Source: an uncultured Gemmatimonadales bacterium (GTDB lineage: Bacteria; Gemmatimonadota; Gemmatimonadetes; Gemmatimonadales; GWC2-71-9). From it: a DNA stretch of 64,000 bases. Position 1 is the stretch's first letter. Each line of letters begins with the position of its first letter. The stretch lies in the NCBI GenBank assembly GCA_963836815.1, contig CAWILD010000012.1, positions 205,990-269,989 on the forward strand. Direction: 5' to 3'. Under the pieces are notes generated by a model. It was not told the origin of the DNA, ran no database searches, and saw only the letters and a list, made by a program, of their open reading frames with translations. Below, in pieces: positions 17,113-26,447 of the stretch. The position numbers were made by a program, and so were the translations under genes.

Positions 17113-18021
17113 ATGCAGATCATCCTTCTCGGCACCGCGGCCGGCGGCGGATTCCCCCAGTGGAACTGCTGGTGCCCCACGTGCCGCGTGGCCCGGACCG
17201 ATCCGGGGCGCGCCGTCCCCCGCAGCCAGTCCGCCGCCGCCCTCAGCGCGGACGGCGAGCGCTGGTTTCTGCTCAATGCCTCCCCCGATATCCACGCACA
17301 GCTGAGCCGGCTGCCCCAAAGGACCCCGTCGGTCACGCGCCAGGCGCCGGTGGAAGGTGTCGTCCTCACCGACGCGGAACTGGACCACACGCTCGGGCTG
17401 GTGCTTCTGCGCGAGGCGAGGTACCTCCAGGTAGCGGCCACGCCGGCAGTTCACCAGATCCTGGAGGACGACTCAGCGCTGCTGCGGGTGACCCGGGTGT
17501 TCGCCGAGGTCCGGGCCCAACGACTGGCGGTCGAGCGCCCCTTCATGCTGAGCTACCGTGACGACTGTCCGAGCGGGTTGAGCGTGACCGCCTTTCCGGT
17601 GCCCGCCGGCCCCCCGCGCTTCGCCACCAGGGAAGAGGAGGCCCATACGATCGGTCTCCTCATTCGCGACGAGGCCACCGGTGGGACCTGCGCCTTCGTC
17701 CCGGGCTGCGGGGGGTTGGATGAGAGACTGCTCGCTCTGCTCGGCAGCGCCGAGCTGGTGTTCTTCGACGGCACCTTCTGGAGCGACGAGGAGCTGATCC
17801 GGCTCGGCATCTCGGATCGCACGGCAAGGCAGATGGACCACCTCCCGATCTCGGGCCCCGGTGGAAGCCTCGAGCGGCTGGCACGGCTGCCGTCCCGAAG
17901 GCGCGTCTATACGCACATCAACAACACCAACCCGATCCTCGTCGAGGATTCCCCGGAGCGTGCCGAGGTGGAGCGCCATGGGCTCGTCGTAGGCGCGGAC
18001 GGCATGCACTTTTCCTTGTGA
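17113..18021 (+). CDS. pqqB: PQQ biosynthesis protein B (metallo-beta-lactamase fold)
   Basis: 302 aa. MQIILLGTAAGGGFPQWNCWCPTC... is the typical PqqB N-terminus. Position after pqqA. Confidence 0.95.
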   Translation: MQIILLGTAAGGGFPQWNCWCPTCRVARTDPGRAVPRSQSAAALSADGERWFLLNASPDIHAQLSRLPQRTPSVTRQAPVEGVVLTDAELDHTLGLVLLREARYLQVAATPAVHQILEDDSALLRVTRVFAEVRAQRLAVERPFMLSYRDDCPSGLSVTAFPVPAGPPRFATREEEAHTIGLLIRDEATGGTCAFVPGCGGLDERLLALLGSAELVFFDGTFWSDEELIRLGISDRTARQMDHLPISGPGGSLERLARLPSRRRVYTHINNTNPILVEDSPERAEVERHGLVVGADGMHFSL

Positions 18022-18794
18022 CCCCTCCGACTCCTGGGACCATGACCGCGACGCTCGCCGCCTCTCAGCTCGCCACACCTCCCCGGCCACCGTTTCCCCG
18101 GCTGGACCGGCCGCTCACGCCCGGGGAGCTGGAGGAGGCGCTGAGGTCGTTTCACGGTTCCTACTACGTCCAGCACCCCTTCCATCAGCTGATGTATTCC
18201 GGCGCGCTCACGCGGCGGCAGTTCCAGGGCTGGGTCGCCAACCGCCTCGCCTACCAACGCGTGGTACCGCGCAAGGACGCGGCGATCCTCTCCAACTGTC
18301 CCGATCCCGACGTGCGCCGGCAGTGGCTGACCCGGATCGTGGATCACGACGGGACCGAGCCGGGTGCGGGCGGCATCGAGCTCTGGATCCGGCTGGGCGT
18401 CGCGCTCGGTCTGCCGAGGGAGGAGATGGAGGACGAGCGCCACGTGCTTCCCGCGGCGCGGCTCATCTGCGAGTCCTACGTCACGTTCTGCAAGACCAAA
18501 CCGTGGGTGGAGGCTGTGGCGGCGTCGCTCACCGAGCTGTTCGCGCCCAAGATCCATCAGCAGCGGATCGAGGCTTTTCCCAAGCACTACCCCTGGATTC
18601 CGCCCGAGGCGCTGGACTACTTCCGGAGCCGGCTGATCCAGGCTCCGCGCGATGTAACCCATGGCCTCTCCATCGTTCAGACCCATTGCACTACCGTGGA
18701 GACACAGCGGCGGGCCTTCGAGGCCCTGGCCTTCAAGCTCGACATGCTCTGGGCCCTGATCGATGTGATTCACAACGCGTATCGGGAGGAGTAG
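18018..18794 (+). CDS. pqqC: pyrroloquinoline-quinone synthase PqqC
   Basis: 258 aa: HPFHQLMYSGALTRRQFQGWVANRLAYQ...RIVDHDG. Overlaps the pqqB stop by 4 nt. Confidence 0.95.
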   Translation: MTPPTPGTMTATLAASQLATPPRPPFPRLDRPLTPGELEEALRSFHGSYYVQHPFHQLMYSGALTRRQFQGWVANRLAYQRVVPRKDAAILSNCPDPDVRRQWLTRIVDHDGTEPGAGGIELWIRLGVALGLPREEMEDERHVLPAARLICESYVTFCKTKPWVEAVAASLTELFAPKIHQQRIEAFPKHYPWIPPEALDYFRSRLIQAPRDVTHGLSIVQTHCTTVETQRRAFEALAFKLDMLWALIDVIHNAYREE

Positions 18795-18796
18795 GA

Positions 18797-19066
18797 GTGG
18801 AGGTGAGCACGGAAGCGGTTCCGAAGCTCTGGAAGCTCGCCCGTCTCGACTACGACGCCGTGCGGGGACGGCCGGTGCTGCTGTATCCGGAGGGGGCGGT
18901 GCTGCTGAACGACACCGGCAGGGCCATTCTGGAGCTCGTGGACGGCCGCCGCACCATCGGCCAGATCGCCACCGTCCTCAACGAGCGCTACCAGGCGGAC
19001 GTCACCGCCGACGTGATCGAGTACCTGACGCATCTGGCGGAGAGGGAGTTGATCCGTGACATCTGA
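18797..19066 (+). CDS. pqqD: PqqA-binding chaperone PqqD
   Basis: GTG start 3 nt after the pqqC stop. VEVSTEAVPKLWKLARLDYDAVRGRPVLLYPEGAVLLNDTGRAILELVDGRRTIGQI... The rest of track ORF 18323..19066 is an alternate frame of pqqC. Confidence 0.9.
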   Translation: MEVSTEAVPKLWKLARLDYDAVRGRPVLLYPEGAVLLNDTGRAILELVDGRRTIGQIATVLNERYQADVTADVIEYLTHLAERELIRDI

Positions 19067-20147
19067 ACGACCGACCACGCTACTGGCCGAGCTGACGCAC
19101 CGGTGCCCGCTGCACTGTCCGTACTGCTCCAATCCCCTGGAGATGGTCCGGGCAGCCGGCGAGATAGGCACCGAGGACTGGAAGCGAGTCTTCACCGAGG
19201 CCCGCGCGCTGGGCGTGCTGCAGCTCGGTCTGTCCGGCGGCGAGCCGCTGGTCCGAAAGGACCTGGAAGAGCTGGCCGCCCATGCACGCGGTCTCGGGCT
19301 CTACAGCACCCTCGTTACCTCCGGTCTTGGGCTCACGCGAGCCCGGGCCGAACGGCTGCGTGATGCCGGCCTCGAACACGTGCAGATCTCGATCCAGGAC
19401 GCCGACACCGCGGTCGCCGAGCGGATCGCCGGCGTCGCTTCGGTGAAGCAGAAGCGCGCGGCCGCGGCCCTCGTGAAGGAGCTCGGGTTCGCGTTCTCCA
19501 TCAACGTGGTGCTGCATCGGGCCAATCTCGATCGCCTCGGTGCGATCGTGGACCTCGCCGGGGAGCTGGGCGCGGACCGCCTGGAGCTCGCCAATACCCA
19601 GTACTACGGTTGGGCCCTGGAGAACCGGTCCAAGCTCATGCCGACCCAGGAGCAGGTCACCCGCGCGCAGGAGGTGGCGCAGGAGGCCATGACCCGGTAC
19701 CGCGGCCGGATGCAGATCCTCTTCGTGCTGCCCGATTACTTCGAGCAGTACCCCAAGCCGTGCTACGGCGGCTGGGGCAAGCTCTACCTCGTGGTCTCGC
19801 CGGACGGGCGAGTCCTGCCCTGTCATGGGGCCACGCAGATCTCGACCCTCACCTTCGACAACGTGCGGGACCATTCCCTCGACTGGATCTGGCAAGAGTC
19901 GGCCGCGTTCAACGCATTCCGCGGCGATTCCTGGATGCGTGAGCCGTGCCGGACCTGCCCGCGCAAGGCGGTGGATTTCGGGGGTTGCCGCTGTCAGGCC
20001 TTCGCCCTGACGGGTGCGGCCGAGAACACCGATCCCGTCTGCATCCTCTCGCCGGAGCGCAGGATGATCGACGAGGCGATCGAAGGGCACGAAGAACCTC
20101 TGGAGTACCGCTACCGCACCCTGGCCGGCGAACCTCAGCGGGTGTGA
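19056..20147 (+). CDS. pqqE: radical-SAM PqqA peptide cyclase PqqE
   Basis: 363 aa with the CxxxCxxC motif in HRCPLHCPYCSNP and a SPASM-type Cys cluster near the C-terminus. Overlaps pqqD by 11 nt. Confidence 0.95.
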   Translation: MTSERPTTLLAELTHRCPLHCPYCSNPLEMVRAAGEIGTEDWKRVFTEARALGVLQLGLSGGEPLVRKDLEELAAHARGLGLYSTLVTSGLGLTRARAERLRDAGLEHVQISIQDADTAVAERIAGVASVKQKRAAAALVKELGFAFSINVVLHRANLDRLGAIVDLAGELGADRLELANTQYYGWALENRSKLMPTQEQVTRAQEVAQEAMTRYRGRMQILFVLPDYFEQYPKPCYGGWGKLYLVVSPDGRVLPCHGATQISTLTFDNVRDHSLDWIWQESAAFNAFRGDSWMREPCRTCPRKAVDFGGCRCQAFALTGAAENTDPVCILSPERRMIDEAIEGHEEPLEYRYRTLAGEPQRV

Positions 20148-21077
20148 GCGACGCCGCGTCGTCCGCGGTCGAGAGCCGGGGCCTCGGCCGCGACTACGGC
20201 GAGGTCCGAGCGCTCGATGCGCTCGACCTCAGCGTCGCGCGCGGTGGCCTCGTCGGGCTGCTGGGACCGAACGGTGCCGGCAAGACCACCGCGATGCTGC
20301 TGCTCGCGACCCTGCTCTCCCCCAGCCGCGGATCGGCCCGCATCTTCGACCAGGACGTGGTTCGAGACCGGCGCGCGGTGCGCCGCCGGCTGGGGCTGGT
20401 CTTTCAGGAGACCAGCGTGGACGGGCTCCTCACGGTGGAGGAGAACCTCCTTTTCGCGGCGCGGCTGGCCGGGATCGGCGGACGGCTGGCCCACGCCGCG
20501 GTCGCCGACGCCATCGCGCGTTGCGGCCTGGCGGAGCGGGCCAAGCAACCGGCCCGGCAGCTCTCCGGTGGTTGGCGTCGGCTGGTCGATATCGCCCGCG
20601 CCACCCTTCACCAGCCCGACCTCCTCATCCTCGACGAGCCCACCGTCGGTCTGGACCCCGAGCACCGGGAGCGGGTCTGGAGCATTCTCGCGTCGCTCCG
20701 GCGGGAGAGGGAGACCACGGTGCTCTTCTCGACCCACTATCTCACCGAGGCCGAGCCCGCCGATCTGGTGCTGCTGCTCTCCCGGGGTCGGGTCGTCGCG
20801 GACGACACACCCGCCGCGCTGCGCGCCACCGTAGGCGCTGAGGTCGCGGAGATCGAGGGACCCGGCGCGGAGCGCCTCGCCCGCGCGCTGCGAGGGTTGG
20901 GCGCCGCCATGTCGCTGCTGCGCACAGAGCGCGGCTTCCGGGTCGGGCTCACCGGCCCGCGCGAGCCGGCGGTCGAGCTGGCCGGCTCGGCAGCCGGGCA
21001 TCGAGCGCCTCTCCTTCCGGCCGACCTCGCTCGAGGACGTGTATTTCGCCCGCACCACAGCCGGCGGCGGCGCATGA
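20144..21077 (+). pseudogene. ABC transporter ATP-binding protein (ABC-2/DrrA-like) with an apparent +1 frameshift at 20994-20999
   Basis: The GTG at 20144 overlaps the pqqE stop (GTGTGA). Walker [10 protein letters not shown], signature LSGGWRR, Walker B LILDEP. The C-terminus GIERLSFRPTSLEDVYFARTTAGGGA* is in the next frame and ends in an ATGA overlap with the permease. The as-given frame instead fuses artificially into the permease (track ORF 19946..21859). Confidence 0.8.
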
Positions 21078-21859
21078 GCGCCTGGAACACGATCCACGGG
21101 ATCGTCGCCCGGGACCTCACCCGTGCGGGACGCCAGACCAGCCGACTGCTCGGCGGCGTCGCCCGCCCGTTCATGTGGCTGTTGCTGGTAGGCACCGGAT
21201 ACAACGCGATCGCACGGATCGAGGGCGGCATGCCCTACCAGGCGTTCGTCTTTCCCGGGATTCTGGTCATGGCGGCGCTGTTCGGCGGAACCCTTACCGC
21301 CGTCTCCACCGTCTACGATCGCGAGTTCGGGATGCTGCGGTTGATGCTGGCGAGTCCGGCGGGAGTGCCGGCGGTCCTGGCGGGCCGCGCCGTCGCCGCC
21401 ACGCTGGTCGGGACGCTGCAGGGAGCGATCGTGCTGGCCTTCGCACCGCTCGTCATGCCGGTGACGGCGGGAAGATGGCTGGCCGGGCTGGCGGCCCTGA
21501 CCGCGGTGGCCGCGATGAGCGGTGTCCTGGGGCTGCTCGTGGCCGCGCGGCTCCGCTCGGTGGAGAACTTCGCCGGTATCATCAACGTGGTGCTGTTTCC
21601 GCTGCTGTTTCTGAGCGGGGCGCTCTATCCCACCGAAGGCATGCCGGCTCCGCTTCGCGCGGTGGCACGGGCCAATCCGGTGACCTACGCGGTGGACCTC
21701 GTGCGCCACGCGCTCGGCCAGCCCGCAGAGACGACCGCGCCGGTGGCGGCCGGCGCGGTGCTTGGGGTGACAGCTCTAGCCTTCGTTCTCACCGCGCTGC
21801 TCTTCGACCCCGAGCAGCGCTTCTTCCCCACCAGACCGCGGGCTCAGGACGGGAGCTGA
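21074..21859 (+). CDS. ABC-2 type transporter permease
   Basis: MSAWNTIHGIVARDLTRAGRQTSRLLGGVARPFMWLLLVGTGYN..., six predicted TM segments, ABC-2 architecture. ATGA coupling to the ATPase. Confidence 0.85.
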   Translation: MSAWNTIHGIVARDLTRAGRQTSRLLGGVARPFMWLLLVGTGYNAIARIEGGMPYQAFVFPGILVMAALFGGTLTAVSTVYDREFGMLRLMLASPAGVPAVLAGRAVAATLVGTLQGAIVLAFAPLVMPVTAGRWLAGLAALTAVAAMSGVLGLLVAARLRSVENFAGIINVVLFPLLFLSGALYPTEGMPAPLRAVARANPVTYAVDLVRHALGQPAETTAPVAAGAVLGVTALAFVLTALLFDPEQRFFPTRPRAQDGS

Positions 21860-22617
21860 GGCTCACCGAACAGGAAATCGTCGGTGACCACCAGGTCGTG
21901 CGTGCCGTCGTCGCTCACGTCGTTCGTCTCCGCACTCAACGCCGCCTCGCCGGAGCGCACTTCCACCCGGCCGATGATCGCCTGATCGAAGGCCACGCCC
22001 ACGAACGAATGCCCGTTGGCATCGGTACGGACCGGCACGACGTACTCACCGAGGTTGGTGTCGTCGAGCGCGTAGAGCGTGATGGATGCCGCGCCGTCGC
22101 GGTCCACGTCCGAGAATACGATGCCGATACCGCTCACGACCGCCTCGGTGTCCGTTCCCGCCAGGCGGAAGGTGAGTGTCATGTGCGCGCTGCCGGCCGC
22201 CATGAAGGTCTTGACCTTGCTGAAGCTCTCGAATTCCTCGCCGTAGGTCGGATTGATGTCGGCGAAATCGTTGTCGCTCACCCGCGTGCCGATGCCGTCG
22301 GTCGTCGTGATGAGCCCCGCGTTCCGGAAGCCGTCCGAGGGGAAGGCGTCCGTGTTCGTCAGGTCCGCCGGCACCCCGTCCCAACGGATTTCCCTCCGCC
22401 CAGCCGACTGTGGCCCTGCGCCACCACCGTTCGCGGGTTCGCCGAGCGCGCCGCGAAATTCGGTGAGCGCTCCCGTCAAATCACCGCTCGCCCGTACCAC
22501 GCTGATTGGCGTCGGTCCGCCCTGCCCCCCACCCGGTTCCAGCGTGTCGTCAGAATCGCATGCCGCCAGCGCTACGGCCAGACCCACGAGCGCCAGAACT
22601 CCTCCACCGCACCGCAT
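21844..22617 (-). CDS. hypothetical lipoprotein
   Basis: MRCGGGVLALVGLAVALAAC lipobox followed by an acidic beta-rich domain. Convergent 16-nt overlap with the permease. Confidence 0.6.
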   Translation of the reverse strand: MRCGGGVLALVGLAVALAACDSDDTLEPGGGQGGPTPISVVRASGDLTGALTEFRGALGEPANGGGAGPQSAGRREIRWDGVPADLTNTDAFPSDGFRNAGLITTTDGIGTRVSDNDFADINPTYGEEFESFSKVKTFMAAGSAHMTLTFRLAGTDTEAVVSGIGIVFSDVDRDGAASITLYALDDTNLGEYVVPVRTDANGHSFVGVAFDQAIIGRVEVRSGEAALSAETNDVSDDGTHDLVVTDDFLFGEPQLPS

Positions 22618-22729
22618 ACACCCCTCCCCGATGAATAGGACCAACATCCTTCGCACTCCATTGAGGGATGCGTGACATCGGGAGCGGGACGGTCATTCTC
22701 GCCTCGCGTCGCTAGGGTGACAGAGAGTC

Positions 22730-23515
22730 TCAATCGCAGCTTTCCGCCGGCAGCCGCATCAGCTCGACTCGCTGCTCTACGCGGGAGCGGACCGCCTGAC
22801 GGATGCGCCGATTCGGTGGGATCGACGTCTCGACGAGGACCGTCCGCGCGCGATGCTCGAGGCCAGCCGCTGGATCCCAGGTGAACTCGCCTTTGTCGGT
22901 GATCGTCTGGCGAACCGGAACCGGGACGCTGTCGCCGTGGAGCAGGATCTCGCGTCGCTCACGGCGCAAGGTCAGCGCGAAGCGGCGGAGCGCGCGGCCG
23001 GACACGAGCGTATCCGGGAGACGCAGGACGAGCAGCGCGGAGTCGCCCCAGCTCGTGCCGGGCGCGAGCGGCCGCGGAGGCAGCGCAGGGAACAGATCGT
23101 CGAGCGCGCCGGCCATCTCCGCCACCTCGGCGACTTCGTCCGGAACGAACGGCTGCACCAACGAGGTGTAGCGGCCCCGCGGTCCGAGCAGCCCGCGGTA
23201 ACGGCCGCCGATCAGCCCGTCCGTGTCCGGCACCAGCTCGTCGTTGCCGGTACGGCGCCACACCGAGAGGGAATCGAACCAGCTTTCGAGCGAGACGCCG
23301 CCGGTGGTGTCCACGGCGCGAACGCGCAGGATCGCGTCGCGCCCCGTGCTCGCCTTGCCGGAGCGCCCACCGGCAATGGTTTCGATCTGACTGCGGGAGG
23401 ATTCAGCCCAGCGGGAGCAGTCGAGGTTTGCCGCAGCGTAGCGAAGGCCGTCGTCCTGGTGCCCGGCCGCGACGAGGCATCCCACGGCCAGGACGGCGGC
23501 CCTCCACGACGTCAC
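22730..23515 (-). CDS. hypothetical exported protein co-transcribed with pruA
   Basis: The GTG at 23515 forms a GTGA overlap with the pruA stop. VTSWRAAVLAVGCLVAAG is signal-like. The upstream part of track ORF 22730..23878 is an alternate frame of pruA. Confidence 0.55.
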   Translation of the reverse strand: MTSWRAAVLAVGCLVAAGHQDDGLRYAAANLDCSRWAESSRSQIETIAGGRSGKASTGRDAILRVRAVDTTGGVSLESWFDSLSVWRRTGNDELVPDTDGLIGGRYRGLLGPRGRYTSLVQPFVPDEVAEVAEMAGALDDLFPALPPRPLAPGTSWGDSALLVLRLPDTLVSGRALRRFALTLRRERREILLHGDSVPVPVRQTITDKGEFTWDPAAGLEHRARTVLVETSIPPNRRIRQAVRSRVEQRVELMRLPAESCD

Positions 23516-25140
23516 GCCTCGGCCATGAACGGGTAGCGGTAGTCCTTGGGCGGCGCGAAGGTCTCCTTGATCGCACGCGGCGAGACCCATCGCAGAAGAT
23601 TGAGAATGGAGCCGGCCTTGTCGTTCGTTCCGCTGGCCCGCCCGCCGCCGAACGGCTGCTGTCCAACGACGGCGCCCGTCGGCTTGTCGTTGACGTAGTA
23701 GTTGCCCGCCGCATTGCGGAGCACGCGGTCCGCCTGCGCGAGGGCGGCGCGGTCGCGGGCGAAGACCGCACCCGTGAGGGCGTAGGGGCCGGTGCGGTCT
23801 ACCAGCTCGAGCGTCTCCGTCCACTTCTTCGCCGGATACACATGTGCGGTCAGCACGGGTCCGAAGATCTCCTCGCACATGAGCCGGTAGCCGGGATCGT
23901 CCACCTTGAGCAGCGTGGGCTCGACGAAATACCCGACCGAATCGTCGGTGCCGCCGCCCGCTACGACCTCGACCCCGGGGTCGCGCTTCGCCAGCTCGAG
24001 GTGTCCCCGCAGCCGATCGAACGCCTTCCGGTCGATAACGGCACCCATGAAGTTGCGGAAATCGGCGACGTCACCCATCCGGATGTCACGGATCATGGCC
24101 GCCGCCCGATCGCGCACCTCGGGCCAGAGCGTGTCGGGGATATACGCGCGCGAGGCGGCACTGCACTTCTGACCCTGGTACTCGTACGCGCCCCGCACGA
24201 GACCGACGGCGAGCGCTTCCGCGTCGGCGCTCTCGTGCGCCACGACGAAGTCCTTGCCGCCGGTCTCCCCGACGATCCGCGGGTATCCGCGGTAACGCTC
24301 GAGGTTGTCGCCCACCGTTTTCCAGAGACTCTGGAACACCGCCGTGGAGCCGGTGAAGTGGATGCCGGCGAGATGCGGACTCGCGAGCAGCGTCCGGCTC
24401 ACCGAGATCGCGTCACCCGGCAGGAAGTTGATCACGCCCGGCGGCAGTCCCGCCTCCTCCAGCAGCTTGTAGATGAACCAATTGCTCAGCGAGGCGCTGC
24501 CCGCGGGCTTCCACACCACCGCGTTGCCCATGAGCGCCGGCGCGGTGGGCAGGTTGCCGCCGATCGCGGTGAAGTTGAAGGGCGTGATGGCATAGATGAA
24601 CCCTTCGAGCGGGCGATGGTCCATCCGGTTCCAGGTCCCCGGCGCCGACTGCGGCTGCTCGGCATTGATCCGCTCGGCGAAGTGCACGTTGAACCGGAGG
24701 AAATCGATCAGCTCGCAGGCGCTGTCGATCTCCGCCTGGAACGCGGTCTTGCTCTGCCCCAGCATCGTGGCGGCGTTCACCAGCTGGCGATGGGTCGTGG
24801 CCAGGAGCTCCGCGGCCTTGAGAAAGACCGCGGCGCGGTCCTCGAAGCGCCAGTGACCCCAGTCCTTCTGGGCCTCCACCGCCGACTTCACGGCTGCTTC
24901 GATCGTCGCCCCATCGGCCTGGTGCACCCGGGCGAGGACCCGCTGGTGGCAGTGCGGGCTCACGACATCGTGGGTCTCGCCCGTGCGGATCGGCTTGCCG
25001 CCGACGACCACCGGGATGTCGGTTTTCTCGCCTCCGACCGCACCGAGCGCGGCCTTGAGCGCGGCCCGCTCGGGAGTGCCGGGGGCATAGGTGAGTACCG
25101 GTTCGTTCCGGGGCAGGGGGATGTTGGCAGTGCCGCTCAT
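23512..25140 (-). CDS. pruA: L-glutamate gamma-semialdehyde (1-pyrroline-5-carboxylate) dehydrogenase
   Basis: 542-aa uninterrupted ORF of the aldehyde dehydrogenase family: FTGSTAVF, EYQGQKCSAASR (catalytic Cys), EIFGPVL. The N-terminal extension is typical of P5CDH. Confidence 0.9.
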   Translation of the reverse strand: MSGTANIPLPRNEPVLTYAPGTPERAALKAALGAVGGEKTDIPVVVGGKPIRTGETHDVVSPHCHQRVLARVHQADGATIEAAVKSAVEAQKDWGHWRFEDRAAVFLKAAELLATTHRQLVNAATMLGQSKTAFQAEIDSACELIDFLRFNVHFAERINAEQPQSAPGTWNRMDHRPLEGFIYAITPFNFTAIGGNLPTAPALMGNAVVWKPAGSASLSNWFIYKLLEEAGLPPGVINFLPGDAISVSRTLLASPHLAGIHFTGSTAVFQSLWKTVGDNLERYRGYPRIVGETGGKDFVVAHESADAEALAVGLVRGAYEYQGQKCSAASRAYIPDTLWPEVRDRAAAMIRDIRMGDVADFRNFMGAVIDRKAFDRLRGHLELAKRDPGVEVVAGGGTDDSVGYFVEPTLLKVDDPGYRLMCEEIFGPVLTAHVYPAKKWTETLELVDRTGPYALTGAVFARDRAALAQADRVLRNAAGNYYVNDKPTGAVVGQQPFGGGRASGTNDKAGSILNLLRWVSPRAIKETFAPPKDYRYPFMAEA

Positions 25141-25183
25141 GTGCAGTTCCGTATGGGGGTCGGATGAAAGTTACACCGGGGTA

Positions 25184-25246
25184 GTCACCTGAGCGCAGCG
25201 AAGGGGCCATGATCCGGTCATGGCCCCTTCGCTGCGCTCAGGTGAC
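25184..25246. repeat. 29-bp perfect inverted repeat (63-nt hairpin); probable terminator of the PAP2 gene or an insulator before pruA
   Basis: GTCACCTGAGCGCAGCGAAGGGGCCATGA-tccgg-TCATGGCCCCTTCGCTGCGCTCAGGTGAC. There is no U-tract on either side. Confidence 0.7.
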
Positions 25247-25265
25247 GAATTGCCGTCTCGGCGGC

Positions 25266-26006
25266 CTAGAATTGCGCGTTCCACCCTACGCCGACCCCGC
25301 TGGGCCCCGCGAGAATAGACGGTGCGCGTATCCCGAAGATGGTCCATTTCCCGGAGGCGAACTTGGCGGAAGCGATGCCGAGCACCGCGCCGGCGGCGAC
25401 GTCGCTGAGCCAGTGGCGGTTGTCGTTGACCCGGCTCCAGCCCACCGCGGTGGCCGCGGCATACAGACCGACAGTCGCCCAGGGACGGTTGATGTCGTCG
25501 GCGAGCGAGGTGGCGAGCGCGAATGCCATCGCGGTGTGACCGCTCGGCATCGAGGGCTCGTCCCGAGTCAGCTGGTCCGGCCGCCCGCGGCCCATCAGGT
25601 ACTTCCCCGCATACACCGCCGAGGCGGACAGGGCGAGCGAGCTCGTCGCGCGTGCGCCCACTCCGGTGAGGCGGGAGTTGCCGCTCGCGAGCCCGGCGCC
25701 CAGGAGTCCGAGGCTGATGCTGGCGTAGATCTCCGGCTGGCCCATCCGGCGCACCACGGACGCTACCTCATTGCCCGTCGCGCCCCTGTGGTCCTGGCTC
25801 GCGTGCCGCACCGAGCCGTCCAGCAGTGTCAAGGCGGAAACCCCGCCGGCGAAGAGCACGCCATGCCACCATTTGATCGAGGTACCCGTGTTCATCGAGG
25901 TTGGAGTCGAGTCGGCTTGCTGGGAGCAGAGCGGGGTGGTGGCGACAGTGCCGAGAGTCAGGGTGAAGCACAGGCAGGCGGTGCACCGCGAGTTGATAGA
26001 CTGCAT
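25266..26006 (-). CDS. PAP2-superfamily phosphatase (membrane/periplasmic)
   Basis: Motifs KYLMGRGRP, PSGH and SRVNDNRHWLSDV, which match the acid-phosphatase signature KxxxxxxRP / PSGH / SRxxxxxHxxxD. Confidence 0.85.
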   Translation of the reverse strand: MQSINSRCTACLCFTLTLGTVATTPLCSQQADSTPTSMNTGTSIKWWHGVLFAGGVSALTLLDGSVRHASQDHRGATGNEVASVVRRMGQPEIYASISLGLLGAGLASGNSRLTGVGARATSSLALSASAVYAGKYLMGRGRPDQLTRDEPSMPSGHTAMAFALATSLADDINRPWATVGLYAAATAVGWSRVNDNRHWLSDVAAGAVLGIASAKFASGKWTIFGIRAPSILAGPSGVGVGWNAQF

Positions 26007-26066
26007 GGAACTTCCTTAAATGGTTACCTTCGGGCGTGGCGTGACCCACTTGACCCAGAGGACGTA

Positions 26067-26426
26067 ATGAACCGTGGACTTGGCGTGCTGCTGGCGGTGC
26101 TATTGCTCCCGTCCTGCAGGGACTACGACTACTACTCCCGGGTGTCCGACAACGATGGCTACGTGGCAGGCGATCAATACGCGCGCTACGGCCGAGAGCA
26201 GGCGCAATCGGTGGCGATCGCCCGCAAGCTGGCCGAGTCGCATGAGGAAGGCTCCGAGGCGGCTATCGCCTACGCTCGCAGCCTTCCGGATGTCGTGGAT
26301 GTCGTGGCCGATTCCCAGGGGAACTGGCTGACCGTGAGATTCAAGAGCGGCTGGCGGACCGCCGTCACCCCATTGCCGGACGGCAAGAGCCCCACCGAAA
26401 CCCCGAATCTCCCCCCCGCCCGATGA
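26067..26426 (+). CDS. hypothetical lipoprotein (119 aa)
   Basis: MNRGLGVLLAVLLLPSC lipobox. This is the tail of track ORF 25209..26426, whose upstream part is antisense to the PAP2 gene. Confidence 0.55.
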   Translation: MNRGLGVLLAVLLLPSCRDYDYYSRVSDNDGYVAGDQYARYGREQAQSVAIARKLAESHEEGSEAAIAYARSLPDVVDVVADSQGNWLTVRFKSGWRTAVTPLPDGKSPTETPNLPPAR

Positions 26427-26447
26427 GCGGCCCAGCAACATAGCCCC

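Noticed and set aside
19946-21859. 637-aa ORF suggesting a natural ATPase-permease fusion ABC half-transporter
   Set aside because: The ATPase C-terminal consensus (GIERLSFRPTSLEDVYF...) is in the neighbouring frame and ends in an ATGA overlap with the permease ATG. The single ORF is created by a one-base frame slip and by alternate-frame read-through of pqqE.
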